Of a stretch of DNA of 64,000 nt, positions 1-11,098 are shown piece after piece. The DNA comes from Octopus sinensis. Lineage: Eukaryota. Both the position numbers and the translations under genes were made by a program. The DNA is taken from contig NC_043024.1 of NCBI RefSeq assembly GCF_006345805.1, positions 15,190,001 through 15,254,000 on the forward strand, read 5' to 3'. How positions within the stretch are numbered: position 1 is the first letter of the stretch; the number at the start of each line of letters is the position of its first letter. The notes below the pieces were generated by a model that worked only from the letters and a program-made list of their open reading frames with translations, had not been told where the DNA came from and made no database searches.

Positions 1-92
1 GCTGACCTTCTGTCAGCTTACTAGCCCTGGTCAAACCGTCCAACCCATGTCAACATGGACAACAGATATTAAATGATGATGATGATGATGAT
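1..92 (+). mobile_element. 3' end of RTE-tailed SINE/LINE ending in (GAT)n
   Basis: Motif ggtcaaaccgtccaacccatg..catgga..cagatattaaa(tga)n recurs at ~2440, ~3060, ~4500 (minus) and ~40180. Confidence 0.6.
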
Positions 93-94
93 AT

Positions 95-109
95 ATGTAC
101 TCATATCTA

Positions 110-160
<51 letters not shown>

Positions 161-220
161 TTATATGTATGTATATATATATATATATATACGCACACAC
201 ACACACACACACACACACAC
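95..220. repeat. Compound microsatellite (ATCT)n-(TA)n-(CA)n
   Basis: Directly visible. Confidence 0.9.
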
Positions 221-489
221 TTCTCCCTGTCACTCTATGTCCGTCTGCTTAATTCCTCCATCGCTCTCTCTGTCTGTCTCTGTCTACCTCTTTGTCTTTA
301 TCCTCTCTCTCTCTCTCTCTTCGCCATTCTCTTAATATATCTCTCTCTCATTTATGATTTATACCTCCACAATACAACATTTTACCCCTCCCACCACCAC
401 CACCACCACCACATCTACCATCACCACCATCTTGATGACGACGTTGACCACTACCACCACTACCACATAGTTTCACAGGTAGAAATTTC

Positions 490-525
490 ACAACAACAAC
501 AACAACAAAAATAATAATGATTATA

Positions 526-574
<49 letters not shown>

Positions 575-593
575 TAATAAAATAATAATAATA

Positions 594-678
<85 letters not shown>
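490..678. repeat. (CAA)n-(AAT)n microsatellite
   Basis: Directly visible. Confidence 0.95.
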
Positions 679-682
<4 letters not shown>

Positions 683-1126
683 CATAAATAAATAAAACAT
701 TTAATACACACATTTTTTATTAAACCATTACATTATTAATACACTATAAACAGCCTTACAAACAGCTGTAAAGTGGTTTGGTGAGGTAAGAATTCACTGA
801 ATGGTGCTAGAAATTGTGAATTATGTCTTGGAGATAACATTATCCATAAACATCAAACTATGTTGTAACACACGATAAATTTAATACAATGTAAGTTTTT
901 AGTTTCTAATTTTGCTTTTGGAAAATGGTGGTGGTCGTGGTGGAAGGAACAGGGTTTTTTTTTTAAACTCTTAAATATCTTGTTTAGGCTATTATCATCA
1001 TGATGTTATATCTGTTTTCCATGCTGGTATGAGTTGGACGGTTTGATTGATGCTGGTTAAACAGAAGGCTGCACCCGGCTTCATTGTCTGCTTGGGCAAG
1101 GTTTTTATGGCTGGATGCTCTTCATA

Positions 1127-1535
1127 GGCACAGGAGTGGCTGTGTGGTAAGTAGCTTGTTTACCAACCACATGGTTCCTGGTTCAGTCCCACTGTGCGGC
1201 AACTTGGGCAAGTGTCTTCTACTATAGCCTCGGGCCAACCAAAGCCTTGTGAGTGGATTTGGTAGACGGAAACTGAAAGGAGCCCGTTGTATAAATGTAT
1301 ATATATATGTGTGTGTGTGTATGTTTGTGTGTCTGTGTTTGTCCCCCTAGCATTGCTTGACAACTGATGCTGGTGTGTTTATGTCCCCGTTACCTAGTGG
1401 TTCGGCAAAAGAGACCGATAGAATAAGTACTGGGCTTACAAAAGAATAAGTCCTGGGGTCGATTTGTTCGATTAAAGGTGGTGCTCCAGCATGGCTGCAG
1501 TCAAATGACTGAAACAAGTAAAAGAGTAAAGAGTA
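1127..1535 (+). mobile_element. tRNA-derived SINE family A (Pol III head, internal (TA)n(TG)n spacer, tail ...gaaacaagtaaaagagta)
   Basis: A-box-like TGGCTGTGTGG, B-box-like GGTTCAGTCCC; more than 15 related copies in the window. Confidence 0.85.
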
Positions 1536-1622
1536 TAACACCAATGTGGGACGCACATGTTCTCCTGTCTCAAACGAGGCTTTATTCACTTTCCAATAAA
1601 CTCTGCTGAGTTATCCTTTTTC

Positions 1623-1850
1623 TTTTGTTCTTTCACTTGTTTGAGTCCTTTTGACTTTGGCCATACTGGAGCACCGCCTTAAAAGGTATTAGTCGAAGAA
1701 ATCAACACCAGGAATTATTCTTTGTAAGCCTAGTACTTACTCTATCGGTCTCTTTTACTGAACCACTAGGTTGTCAAGTGACAGTGGTTGGGACAGACAC
1801 AGACACACACATACAGATATATACATACAGACATATATATATATATATAT

Positions 1851-1882
<32 letters not shown>

Positions 1883-2040
1883 ATAATATATACAATGGGC
1901 TTCTTCCAGTTTCTGTTTGGCAAATCCACTCAAAAGGCTTTGGTCAGCCTGAGGCTATAGTAGAAGACACTTGTGCAAGGTACCACGCAGTGAGTCTGAA
2001 CCCTCAACCATGTGGTTGGGAAGGAAGCCATGCCTGTGCC
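1623..2040 (-). mobile_element. SINE family A copy
   Basis: Reverse complement of the 1127-1535 layout. Confidence 0.8.
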
Positions 2041-2079
2041 TATATTTTTATTTTTTTATGAAGTTTTCAAAATGTGAAG

Positions 2080-2480
2080 GTACCTCCTCTATAGCAAGAC
2101 ACCTATTTCTGCCCTTCTGTCTCTCTGTCACATTGTAATCTTTCATCAGATGACACAAGATCACCTCCTCTAATGCCCCTTCCCACTCAAAAATTCCTTG
2201 CCTTGCAAGTTACCTGGTAACCCTGCCAGTGTTGGTGCCATGTAAAGAGCATCCAGTCCACACCGTGAAGTGGTTCGAATTTGATAGGGCATCCAGGAGT
2301 AAAAACCCTATTAAAACTGACCTCACCTGTGCTGGTGTCATGTAAAAAGCACTCAGCCCACACTACAGGCTTAAAAACCCTACCAAAACTGATATAGCAG
2401 CCTGGGGTTGTCTTCTACCTGGTCGGCTCCTGTCAAACCATCCAACCCATGCCAGCATAGAAGATGGACATTATATGATG
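2080..2480 (+). mobile_element. RTE-tailed SINE/retroposon fragment
   Basis: Contains agggcatccagg..gtaaaaacc and the aaaccatccaacccatgccagcat 3' motif shared with 1-92. Confidence 0.55.
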
Positions 2481-2879
2481 TTGATAGGTAGGGGGGCTCT
2501 GTTTTCCACCACATTTCTTAAAAATCGTGGTAGAGGTCTTGGTCTCAGGACCACTCATGTTTACAAACTGAGGTTGGGGGAAAGCAAGGGCATGCTCCCT
2601 GTAGAAAATCCAGCTCCAAAAAAGCCTCATGATAGCAAAGGAAAATGGACACCAGCCAGCCCAAAGGTTGGGGTGGGCTGCACCTACCTACTTTGCTGGC
2701 TATGGAATTGAGGTAGATCTGGTCAACCCTGTTAACGGGGACAAAACTCGGATTTAAACACTGGATGAGGATGATGATGATGATGATGATGAATCTATCA
2801 CATCCTTTCTCTCTCTCTCTCTCTTGCTCTTTCCCTCTCTAGTTTCTCTAATCTGATAAATACAAATATTGGAGTGTTC

Positions 2880-3125
2880 TAAAGCACTGGTAATGGTCCC
2901 ACATATAGAGCACTGGGGCTGATGCAATATAAAAAAAAAACACCCAGTACATTCTGTAAAGTGGTTGGCATTAGGAAGGGCATCCAGCTGTAGAAACCAA
3001 GCCATAACAGATTATGGAAGCTGGTTCAGTTCCTGGCCTTGCCACTTCCTGTCAAGCCATCCAACCCATACCAGCATGGAAAACCGGATGTTAAATGATA
3101 ATGATGACAATGATGATGATGATGA
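2880..3125 (+). mobile_element. RTE-tailed SINE fragment with (GAT)n tail
   Basis: aggaagggcatccagctgtagaaacc...catccaacccataccagcatggaaaaccggatgttaaa(tga)n. Confidence 0.6.
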
Positions 3126-3216
3126 CACTGGATGTGACACATTAATATTGGTTTCAAATTTTCAAATTTTGGCACAAGGCCAGCAATTTCCAGGAAGTGG
3201 GTAAGTCAGTTATATT

Positions 3217-3510
3217 GGATTATAATCCAAAGGTGCAAAGTGAGGTGAGTATGGTTGATGAAGTAGGACATCCCACCCAATCGGCATCAATTTCTTCCTG
3301 GTCTGCAAAGTCTAGCATTGTCCTGGTGTAAGACGAACCCTTTCGGTTGGCCAGTTCTGGACATTTTTCATCAATTGCCTCCTTTAATTGCTCTAATTGG
3401 GAACAATAACAGTCTGAATTTAACGTTTGATTTCATGGAAGCAGTTCATAATACACAATGCCTTTCCAATCCCACCAAATACAAAGCATCACCTTCTTTG
3501 GATACAGACC
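3217..3510 (-). pseudogene. mariner (DD34D) transposase fragment
   Basis: Manual translation GLYPKKVMLCIWWDWKGIVYYELLP*NQTLNSDCYCSQLEQLKEAIDEK..LANRKG, frameshift, then ..HQPYSPHFAPLDY. Confidence 0.8.
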
Positions 3511-3544
3511 AGCTGTTGGAGAGATTGAAGGCCCCAGTGTCTGG

Positions 3545-3965
3545 TATCTTGGGCAAGTGTCTTCTACTAAAGCCTCGGGCCAACAAAAACATTGTGAGTG
3601 AATTTGGTAGAGAGAAACTGAAAGAAGCCTGTCTTATATATATATATATATTCCCCCTCTATATTTTTAAGAGGTCATGAGCCAACAGGTTTTGGGATCT
3701 GATGATATGCCATAAAGCTAAACCCTTTATGGATGGGAAACCTAAGGTAATCTTATAAACCAGCCTTCCCTATTTTTAATATATATATTTATGTGTGTGT
3801 GCCTTTGTGTTGGTGTTTACATCCCCGTAACTTAGTGGTTCGGCAAAAAAGACCACTAGGTTTACAAAGAATAAGTTCTTGGGTTAGTTTGTTCAACTAA
3901 AACCCTTTAAGGTAGTTCTCCAGCATGGCCACAGTCAAATGACTGAAACAAGTAAAAGAAATAAA
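3545..3965 (+). mobile_element. 5'-truncated SINE family A with a ~130-bp insert in its (TA)n spacer
   Basis: Head part 3545-3635 and tail part 3790-3965 flank a non-SINE segment. Confidence 0.75.
3688..3761 (+). ncRNA. Minimal type I hammerhead ribozyme motif (family H1)
   Basis: Stem I ggttttgggat/atcttataaacc; CTGATGA 3699-3705; stem II ccataaag/ctttatgg; GAAAC-CTAAG-GTA (ACC/GGT stem III, GUA cleavage triplet). Confidence 0.7.
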
Positions 3966-3991
3966 ATATACATAAATACATCCATTCATCC

Positions 3992-4028
<37 letters not shown>

Positions 4029-4119
4029 TTTATATATATATAAACTTAGAAAACTTAGGTATGTTTTGACCAAAGATTGGTTCAGGCCATGTCTAACTTA
4101 ATAGCACCACCTGATAGGA

Positions 4120-4452
4120 TTACCTAAATCCTTTATAAGTCAAATTTTGTGATATCATGGTCCATTCATGTAGGGAGCTCTTTTTGAGTGAGTTGTATCC
4201 AGGTATAGGTGGCTTATTTGGTATTCCTTGAAGAAATTTGTCCAGCTTCCGCTTAAAGGTGATGGCATCTTTTTCCTCTTTGATCTGTTTCGGGACAATG
4301 TTAAAGAGGGCAGGGCCTGTTGAAGAAAAGAAATTGTGTTGTGATGTTGAATTGGTAGGGGATGTATGGCCCATAGTCCTAGCCTTGGATGAATTTTCAA
4401 GCTAATGTTGAGGTCGTGTGGGCAATGCTGGCGGTACATTCTCCACATCATG
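4120..4452 (-). pseudogene. C-terminus of a CR1/L2/Jockey-group non-LTR retrotransposon ORF2
   Basis: Two frameshifted ORFs join to ..KIHPRLGL..NFFSSTGPALFNIVPKQIKEEKDAITFKRKLDKFLQGIPNKPPIPGY, a typical post-RT C-terminus. Confidence 0.7.
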
Positions 4453-4467
4453 CAAATGAAATATATA

Positions 4468-4900
4468 TATCATCATCATCATCCTCATCGTTTAACGTCC
4501 GCTTTCCATGCTAGCATGGGTTGGACGGTTCAACTGGGGTCTGGGAAGCCCGAAGGCTGCATCAGGCCAGTCAGATCTGGCAGTGTTTCTACAGCTGGAT
4601 GCCCTTCCTAACGCCAACCACTCCATGAGTGTAGTAGGTGCTTTTTATGTGTCACCGACACAGGTGCAAGGCGAGGCTGGCGAACGGCCACACTCGGATG
4701 GTGCTTTTTACGTGCCACCGGCACGGAGGCCAGGCGAGGCTGGCACGGCCACGATCAGATGGTGTTTGTTACGTGCCACCAGCACGGAGGCCAGTTGATG
4801 CGGTGCTGGCTATGGCCACGTTCTGATGGTTCCCTTATGTGCCACCGGCACTGGTACCACAAACTACAAATTCCATTGATGTTTATCGATTTCGATTTTG
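4468..4900 (-). mobile_element. RTE-tailed SINE with internal ~45-50-bp tandem repeats
   Basis: (CAT)n then cgtttaacgtccgctttccatgctagcatgggttggacgg; repeated tgccaccggcacggaggcc..gatggtg units. Confidence 0.65.
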
Positions 4901-4933
4901 ATTTGATTTTTTTTATATATATATATATATATA

Positions 4934-5095
4934 TATAATACAAATAAGAAAACGGAGAAACAAATTCAGTTTGTTCATCAACTTACAGATATTATAATGT
5001 TAAATTATTTATTCGAATAAATAATCTAACATTATAATATCCGTAAGTTGATGAACAAACTGAATTTGTTTCTCTGTTTTCTTATTTGTATTATA
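4934..5095. repeat. 162-bp near-perfect palindrome
   Basis: Centre attatttattcgaataaataat; arms tataatacaaataagaaaac../..gttttcttatttgtattata with few mismatches. Confidence 0.95.
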
Positions 5096-5358
5096 AATTT
5101 ACGGTAAAAATATTTCTTTACTGTCACCTGTTTAATACAATAAATTAATTAATTGCATTGTATTAAGAATTTGGGTACTTTGCCAACAGTATATTGGATA
5201 AATGATATCCCATAGTGGGTTACACCATAACCCCTATCTTACTTTGTATTATATATATATATATATATATACAAAATTCAGGGTGAATACTTGATAATTG
5301 TAAGCACCTGTATATGCCATTTAGTGGTGTAGGTGATAGAGTATATTTATCAAAATAA

Positions 5359-5669
5359 AAACATGATGCAAAGGATTTAGCGGTACATATGTTTCTGGCT
5401 TTTATTAGACGGTTTATATCAATGCATAATTGATGTAATTTGTATGTCAATAGCCTTCTTCACCCGCATACAATCACTACTCCAAGGACATGTATTACAT
5501 TATAAGTTTGGGAATGCAAATCCTCATAGTTGTGTACAAGAGAGCGAGGCACAAAAACAAAATCGAAGCGTCCATCCCGTTTTTCACTCGATGTAGAAGC
5601 TCTATACATTGATATAAACCGTCTAATAAAAGCCAGAAACATATGTACTGCTAAATCCTTTGCATCATG

Positions 5670-5672
<3 letters not shown>
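5359..5672. mobile_element. Foldback/MITE-like element with ~66-bp terminal inverted repeats
   Basis: 5359-5424 is the reverse complement of 5607-5672 (1 mismatch seen); ~180-bp spacer. Confidence 0.85.
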
Positions 5673-5718
<46 letters not shown>

Positions 5719-5914
5719 AATAGGTAGATAGATAGATAAAGATAATGAGAGAGAGAGAGAGAGAGGAGAGTTAGAAAAAGAGATAGATATATAGATAGAC
5801 TTAAGTATGTAGCTCTTCTTGAAGATAGTGTTCCAGCATGGCCACAGATTGAAACTAGTAAAAACCATGAGAGAAACAAAGTTACACATCTACACACATA
5901 CACACACACACATG

Positions 5915-5948
<34 letters not shown>

Positions 5949-6229
5949 CACGCATACATGCACATACATACAGAGAGATTATTTACATTCAGTTCTTTTC
6001 TCATCACTCAAATTTCACACCATGGATTGTCAGTTCATGACTATCACTATGGCTACTGTATGAAACCTGCCTCCCGAGAAAGGAATCCAAATGAAACAAA
6101 CTCTATACTCTACATCTTGTATTGAATTATTCTGTCTCAATGACAAACACCGTCTTTGGAACATAAATATATAAACACCCCAACACATACACATGCTCAA
6201 ACACACAGACACACACATATACACATGTA

Positions 6230-6251
6230 TGAATAAGTACATGTATATATA

Positions 6252-6306
<55 letters not shown>

Positions 6307-6679
6307 TATGCATATGTATATGTGTATAAGTATATATATGTGTGTATTAATGTACATACATAAGTATGAATGTGTGTGTATATGTGCATGTATGTGTGTA
6401 TGAATCTATATATATGTATGTGTATATGTATATATACATATATATATATAACATGCATGTATATGCACAAATGTGTATGTATTCATATACATTTGTATGC
6501 ATATATATATACGTATGTATGCATGTATATTTATATGTATGAATATGTGTGTGTATGTATATATACATACATAAATACATATATACATTTATAAATATGT
6601 GTATGTATATGTGCATGTATATGGCTGTATATAAATATACACATATATATATCTATGTATATTTATGTCTACACGTACA

Positions 6680-6724
<45 letters not shown>

Positions 6725-6790
6725 GCACACACACACACATACATGTATACCCATATGTATACATATATAAGCCTATATGCACATTCACAA
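6230..6790. repeat. (TA)n/(TG)n/(TATG)n compound microsatellite
   Basis: Directly visible. Confidence 0.9.
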
Positions 6791-7098
6791 ATACACGTAC
6801 ATGTACACACTTCCACATACTTATTCTAACATTTTGAAACCTGCCAAATATTGGCAGAGAAACAAACAATGGGAGATTCTTTGTCATGCTATCCACCTGT
6901 ATAGAATTTACCACTTAACTTTGAACTTTGTCCAAGAACTACCGAATTCAGAATGTCTTGGCACCAAATAGTCCTCTTACTGTTCAATGTGAAGAGCAAA
7001 AATATTATTTACAACAATATATTTACCTCCTTTTAACTCGGATACGTACACACGTGTGTGTGTGAGAGAGAGAGAGAGTTATATATATATGTATATGT

Positions 7099-7131
<33 letters not shown>

Positions 7132-7186
7132 CACAAACACTCATATATTCATGCATACATACACATACACACTCACAGACACACAC

Positions 7187-7262
<76 letters not shown>

Positions 7263-7466
7263 TTTATGAGGTGATACATAGATATCGTATATTTAGAGTA
7301 ATAAGGAAAAAAGCGCTAAAATTGTAAATAAAACGTAAATAAAAAATATATGTAATCATCCAACATTGTGACTATCTTATTATTCTAAGTACACACACAC
7401 ACACACACACAAACATAAATATACATACATAAATATACATACATACACACATACATATATATATAT

Positions 7467-7984
7467 TGTGTTGTGACCCTCCCTTTGGTCATGAATGACC
7501 ATGGGACTGCACCTAGAAAGTTACCCTCTGAGGCACATGTCTGGGTAAGGTTGTTTATGGAAGACCAGCAGTCGCCCATGCATACCAGCCCCTTTCCACG
7601 CCACCAGTGTTATCCAAGGGGAAGGCAAAGGGGCCGATACAGCTTGGCACCAATGATGTCACAGCTCATTTATTAACGTGCAAGTGGCTGAGCACTCCAC
7701 ATACACGTGTACCCTTAACGTAGTCCTCAGGGAGATTCAGCGTGACACAGAGTGTAACAAGGCTGGCCCTTTGAAATACAGGTACAGCAGAGACAGAAAG
7801 AAAGAGTGAGAGAAAGTTGTGGTGAAAGAGTACAGCAGGGTTCACCACTACCCCCTGCCGGAGCCTTGAGGAGCTTTAGGTGTTTTCGCTCAATAAATAC
7901 TCATTATGCCCGGTCTGGAAATCAAAACTGCGATCCTACGACCGCGAGTCCGCTGCCCTAACCACTGGGCCATTGTGGCTCCAC
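7467..7984 (-). mobile_element. tRNA-derived SINE family B
   Basis: Minus-strand head gtggagccacaatggcccagtggttagggcagcggactcgcggtcgtaggatcgcagttttgatttccagaccggg; related copies at 15430 and 18665. Confidence 0.75.
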
Positions 7985-8092
7985 ACGCGCACACACACAC
8001 ACACATATACATATACATACATACATACATACACATATATATATATCTAGATAGAAAGATAGATAGATAGGTACATACATACATATCATATA

Positions 8093-8156
8093 TAGAGTCT
8101 GAAGAGTTGTCCATGGGCCTAACCACTTCATGGATGCGAAACCATTGGTCATTCTA
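8093..8156 (+). ncRNA. Type I hammerhead ribozyme motif with intact core (family H2)
   Basis: Stem I TAGAGT/ATTCTA; CTGAAGA 8099-8105; stem II tccatg/catgga; GAAAC-CATTG-GTC with GUC cleavage triplet at 8148-8150. Confidence 0.75.
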
Positions 8157-8500
8157 CGACCAGACGTATATTTAACTGCATATAAATATATTTAACATCC
8201 ATTGCCCATGCTGGCATGAGTTGGACAGTTTGACTAGCACTACAGCAGGTTCCAGTCTGATTTGGTGTGGTTTCTACAATGGGATGCCTTTCCTAACACC
8301 GACCCCTTTACAAAGTGTGCTGGATGCTTTTACATGGTACTGCTTAACCAATTTCATGTGGCACTGGCATGAGTGATTTTTATATGAGGTTTTGGTGAAG
8401 CATTGTATGATATAGATCATCGGTAATTCATACTTCTGCAAAAGAAGCACGTTCTAAAGCTTTAGGACAGTAATATATCTTTTAGGAAGTTAAAATTTTT

Positions 8501-8620
8501 GGCCATTGGTTTCGCAACTATCAAGTGCTTAGATGACTTATCGCACTCAAAATATTTTGAGACTGATGAATTTCCTATACTGCTAAGTGCTTTATAAGTG
8601 TAAGACCAATGGTCACTCTA
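8501..8620. other. Decayed inverted pair of H2-like hammerhead sequences
   Basis: Plus strand: CTGATGA 8563-8569 ... accaatggtcactcta; minus strand: gcgaaaccaatggcc at 8501-8515. Confidence 0.4.
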
Positions 8621-8819
8621 TGACTGGCCATAGCATCTAGCTTCATCCTAAAAATATATATATATATATATACACATATAAGAGGGATGACCACTAAGTG
8701 GATATCCATTATGCTAGAAGTAGATCCCCTATGGTTCTATATATATTATATATATATATATATTGTTTTATATATATATATAATATATATATATATATTG
8801 TTTTATATATATATATAGT

Positions 8820-9215
8820 CTTGTATTTGTTTCACTCATTTGACTGTGGCCATGCTGGAGCACCACTTTTAGTTGATCATATCGACCCCAGGACTAATTG
8901 TTTGTAAGCCTAGTACTTATTCTATCGGTCTATTTTGCCGAACCACTAGGTTACGGGGACATCAATTGTCAAGCAATGGTGGAGGGACAAACATACATAT
9001 GCACACACACACACAAACACACACATACACACATATATATATATATATATATACATGAAGGGCTTCTTTCAGTTTCCATCTACCAAATCCACTCACAAGA
9101 CTGGTCATCCCGAAGCTATAGTAGAAGATACTTGACGAAGGGCTACGCAGTGGGACTGAGCCCAGAACCACGTGGCTGGTAAGCAAGCTACTTACCACAC
9201 AGCCACTCCAGCACC
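8820..9215 (-). mobile_element. SINE family A copy
   Basis: Full head-spacer-tail layout on the minus strand. Confidence 0.8.
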
Positions 9216-9227
9216 TATATATATACA

Positions 9228-9496
9228 AAATCAAAATAAACAACAGGATATCAAGTTGTGATGCCGTACGACTGTTTCAAGCAGCCCCATTTAATTGAAC
9301 AAAGCAATCATTACATCATTTTAAATGCAGTGCCATCTTCAGCTGCACAAATGAATTAATGGAATTTATTTATTTGTGCAGCTAAAGATAACACTGCATT
9401 TAAATTGATGTAATGATTGCATTGTTTAAATAAATGGAATCATTTGAAATGGTCGTACAGCATCACTACTTGATATCCTGTTGCTTATTTTGATTT
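9228..9496. mobile_element. ~270-bp imperfect palindrome, each arm with a degenerate hammerhead-like core
   Basis: Arms aaatcaaaataaacaacaggatatcaagt/acttgatatcctgttgcttattttgattt; minus strand CTGAAGA (9336-9342)...GAAACAGTCGTA (9267-9278); plus strand CTAAAGA (9382)...GAAATGGTCGTA (9446). Confidence 0.75.
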
Positions 9497-9599
9497 CATT
9501 CACCTTACTTTGAGGTGTGTGGATAATCCTGGATTGACTTGGTGCTTCTATTTAAGCATCTAATTCAACTGAATCTTAATTATTTCTTATTTAATTGCT

Positions 9600-9790
9600 T
9601 CACATTTTGTTCTTTCTCTATATTTTTTCGTTCTCTCTGCATTTTTTCCAGTTCTTTCTGTTGAAGAGTGTAGGCTCGAAATATAAAAAACCTTTGCATT
9701 CTTCCTGAGCATTAAACTAATACACCTGCTTGTTGTTCCCTCACCTGTCTTCATCTTTTGTTTTCTGTAAATGTGAACTATACACACACA
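9600..9790 (+). mobile_element. Penelope pLTR-like fragment with CTGTTGA hammerhead variant (family H4)
   Basis: tcttt-CTGTTGA-a-gagtgtaggctc-GAAATATA-aaaa; homologous to 22060-22335. Confidence 0.5.
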
Positions 9791-9920
9791 CACACACATA
9801 TAATGGAGAAATTATACAACATATATAAGTGGATGATGAGTAAAGCACCGGCACAGTTTTGATTACCTGTTGTTATTTGTAGATTTACTGCAGGAACTTC
9901 ATAGTGGTGGTTAGGGTAAC

Positions 9921-10213
9921 AGTATTAATAAAATAGATGGACAAAAAAGATTTTATTTAGTACATGTTTCAACTCGTTCTGGGTCTCTTCAGGTACCTAA
10001 ATAAATAAAAAGTTTCACTAGAGATTTTCTGATTCGGTTTTATGTACTCCTATATGTCCATCAACATATAGCGGTTCATAAAACCAAATCAGAAAATCCC
10101 TAGTGAGACTTTTTATTTTTTTTATTTATTTATGTACCTGAAGAGACCCAGAACGGGTCGAAACATGTGTTGTACTAAATAAAATTTTTTATTCCATCTA
10201 TTTTATTAATACT
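9921..10213. mobile_element. 293-bp palindrome with a hammerhead motif in each arm (inverted pLTR-like)
   Basis: Centre tatatgt-ccatca-acatata; right arm gtac-CTGAAGA-gaccc-agaac-gggtc-GAAAC-atgt-GTT-gtac (10134-10175); mirror copy on minus strand ~9955-10000. Confidence 0.85.
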
Positions 10214-10224
10214 ATTATATATAT

Positions 10225-10390
10225 ATATACGATGGGCTTCTTTCAGTTTCTGTCTAAAAATCCACTCACAAGGCTTTGGTCAGCTTGAGGCTACAGTAGA
10301 AATCACATGCCCAAAGTGCCATGCAGTGGGACTGAACCTGGAACCATGTGGTTCGGAAGCAAACTTCTTACCACACAGCCACACCTGCAC
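10225..10390 (-). mobile_element. SINE family A head
   Basis: Reverse-complement tRNA-like head. Confidence 0.75.
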
Positions 10391-11098
10391 TTAATACATA
10401 ATTATAAGTTTTCACCAGTTTGTTGGTTTCAAATTTTGGCACAAGGCCAGCAATTTCAGGTGAGTGGGAAAGTCAATTAAACCCTAACCCTAACCTTCAA
10501 ACTGTAACCTCACCCTGTAGACCTTGTTCCTATGCATCAAACTTATTCTTAACCATAAACCAAATTTTTCTCAGCAGGAATATGACCCGCGATGTTGAAT
10601 GTATCTAATTCACACACAAAGAAAGTAAAAAAATAATGAAAAATAATAATAAAGAAATAAAATTTTGCAATATAAAGAATTTAGATTTAAATTGCATTAA
10701 TAATGGTTGGGGAATTTTTTGAGGGGAAATTTTTGGCTGTTATTCTTCATTTTTCTGTGATAGTAGAACAACAGGAAGTGTATTGAATCAGCTAACTTCA
10801 CCTCTCCAAGAATCAATGGAACAACACAATGGAAATATCCAATAACACTTAATAACTTGTTGAGACGTTAGCGGAGAGATTTCTTTATCTTTGTCTAATG
10901 TCTTTAAGAGAAAGAGAGGGAAAAAGAGAGAGAAAGAGAGGAAGGAGAGGTTATGTCTCTTTGTGATATCAAGGAATTTCTCGATGTCTGCAAACCACAG
11001 ACATTTCTGGGTGAATTTACATAATGTAGCACAACCAAGAACCAAATATGTCTAGTTAATGTTGGCGTTGTTGTTGCTGTTGCTGCTGTTGTACTGTT

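Noticed and set aside
2100-2165. Minus-strand CTGATGA...GAAAT as a hammerhead
   Set aside because: Stem I cannot form around the putative cleavage site; it lies within an RTE-tailed SINE
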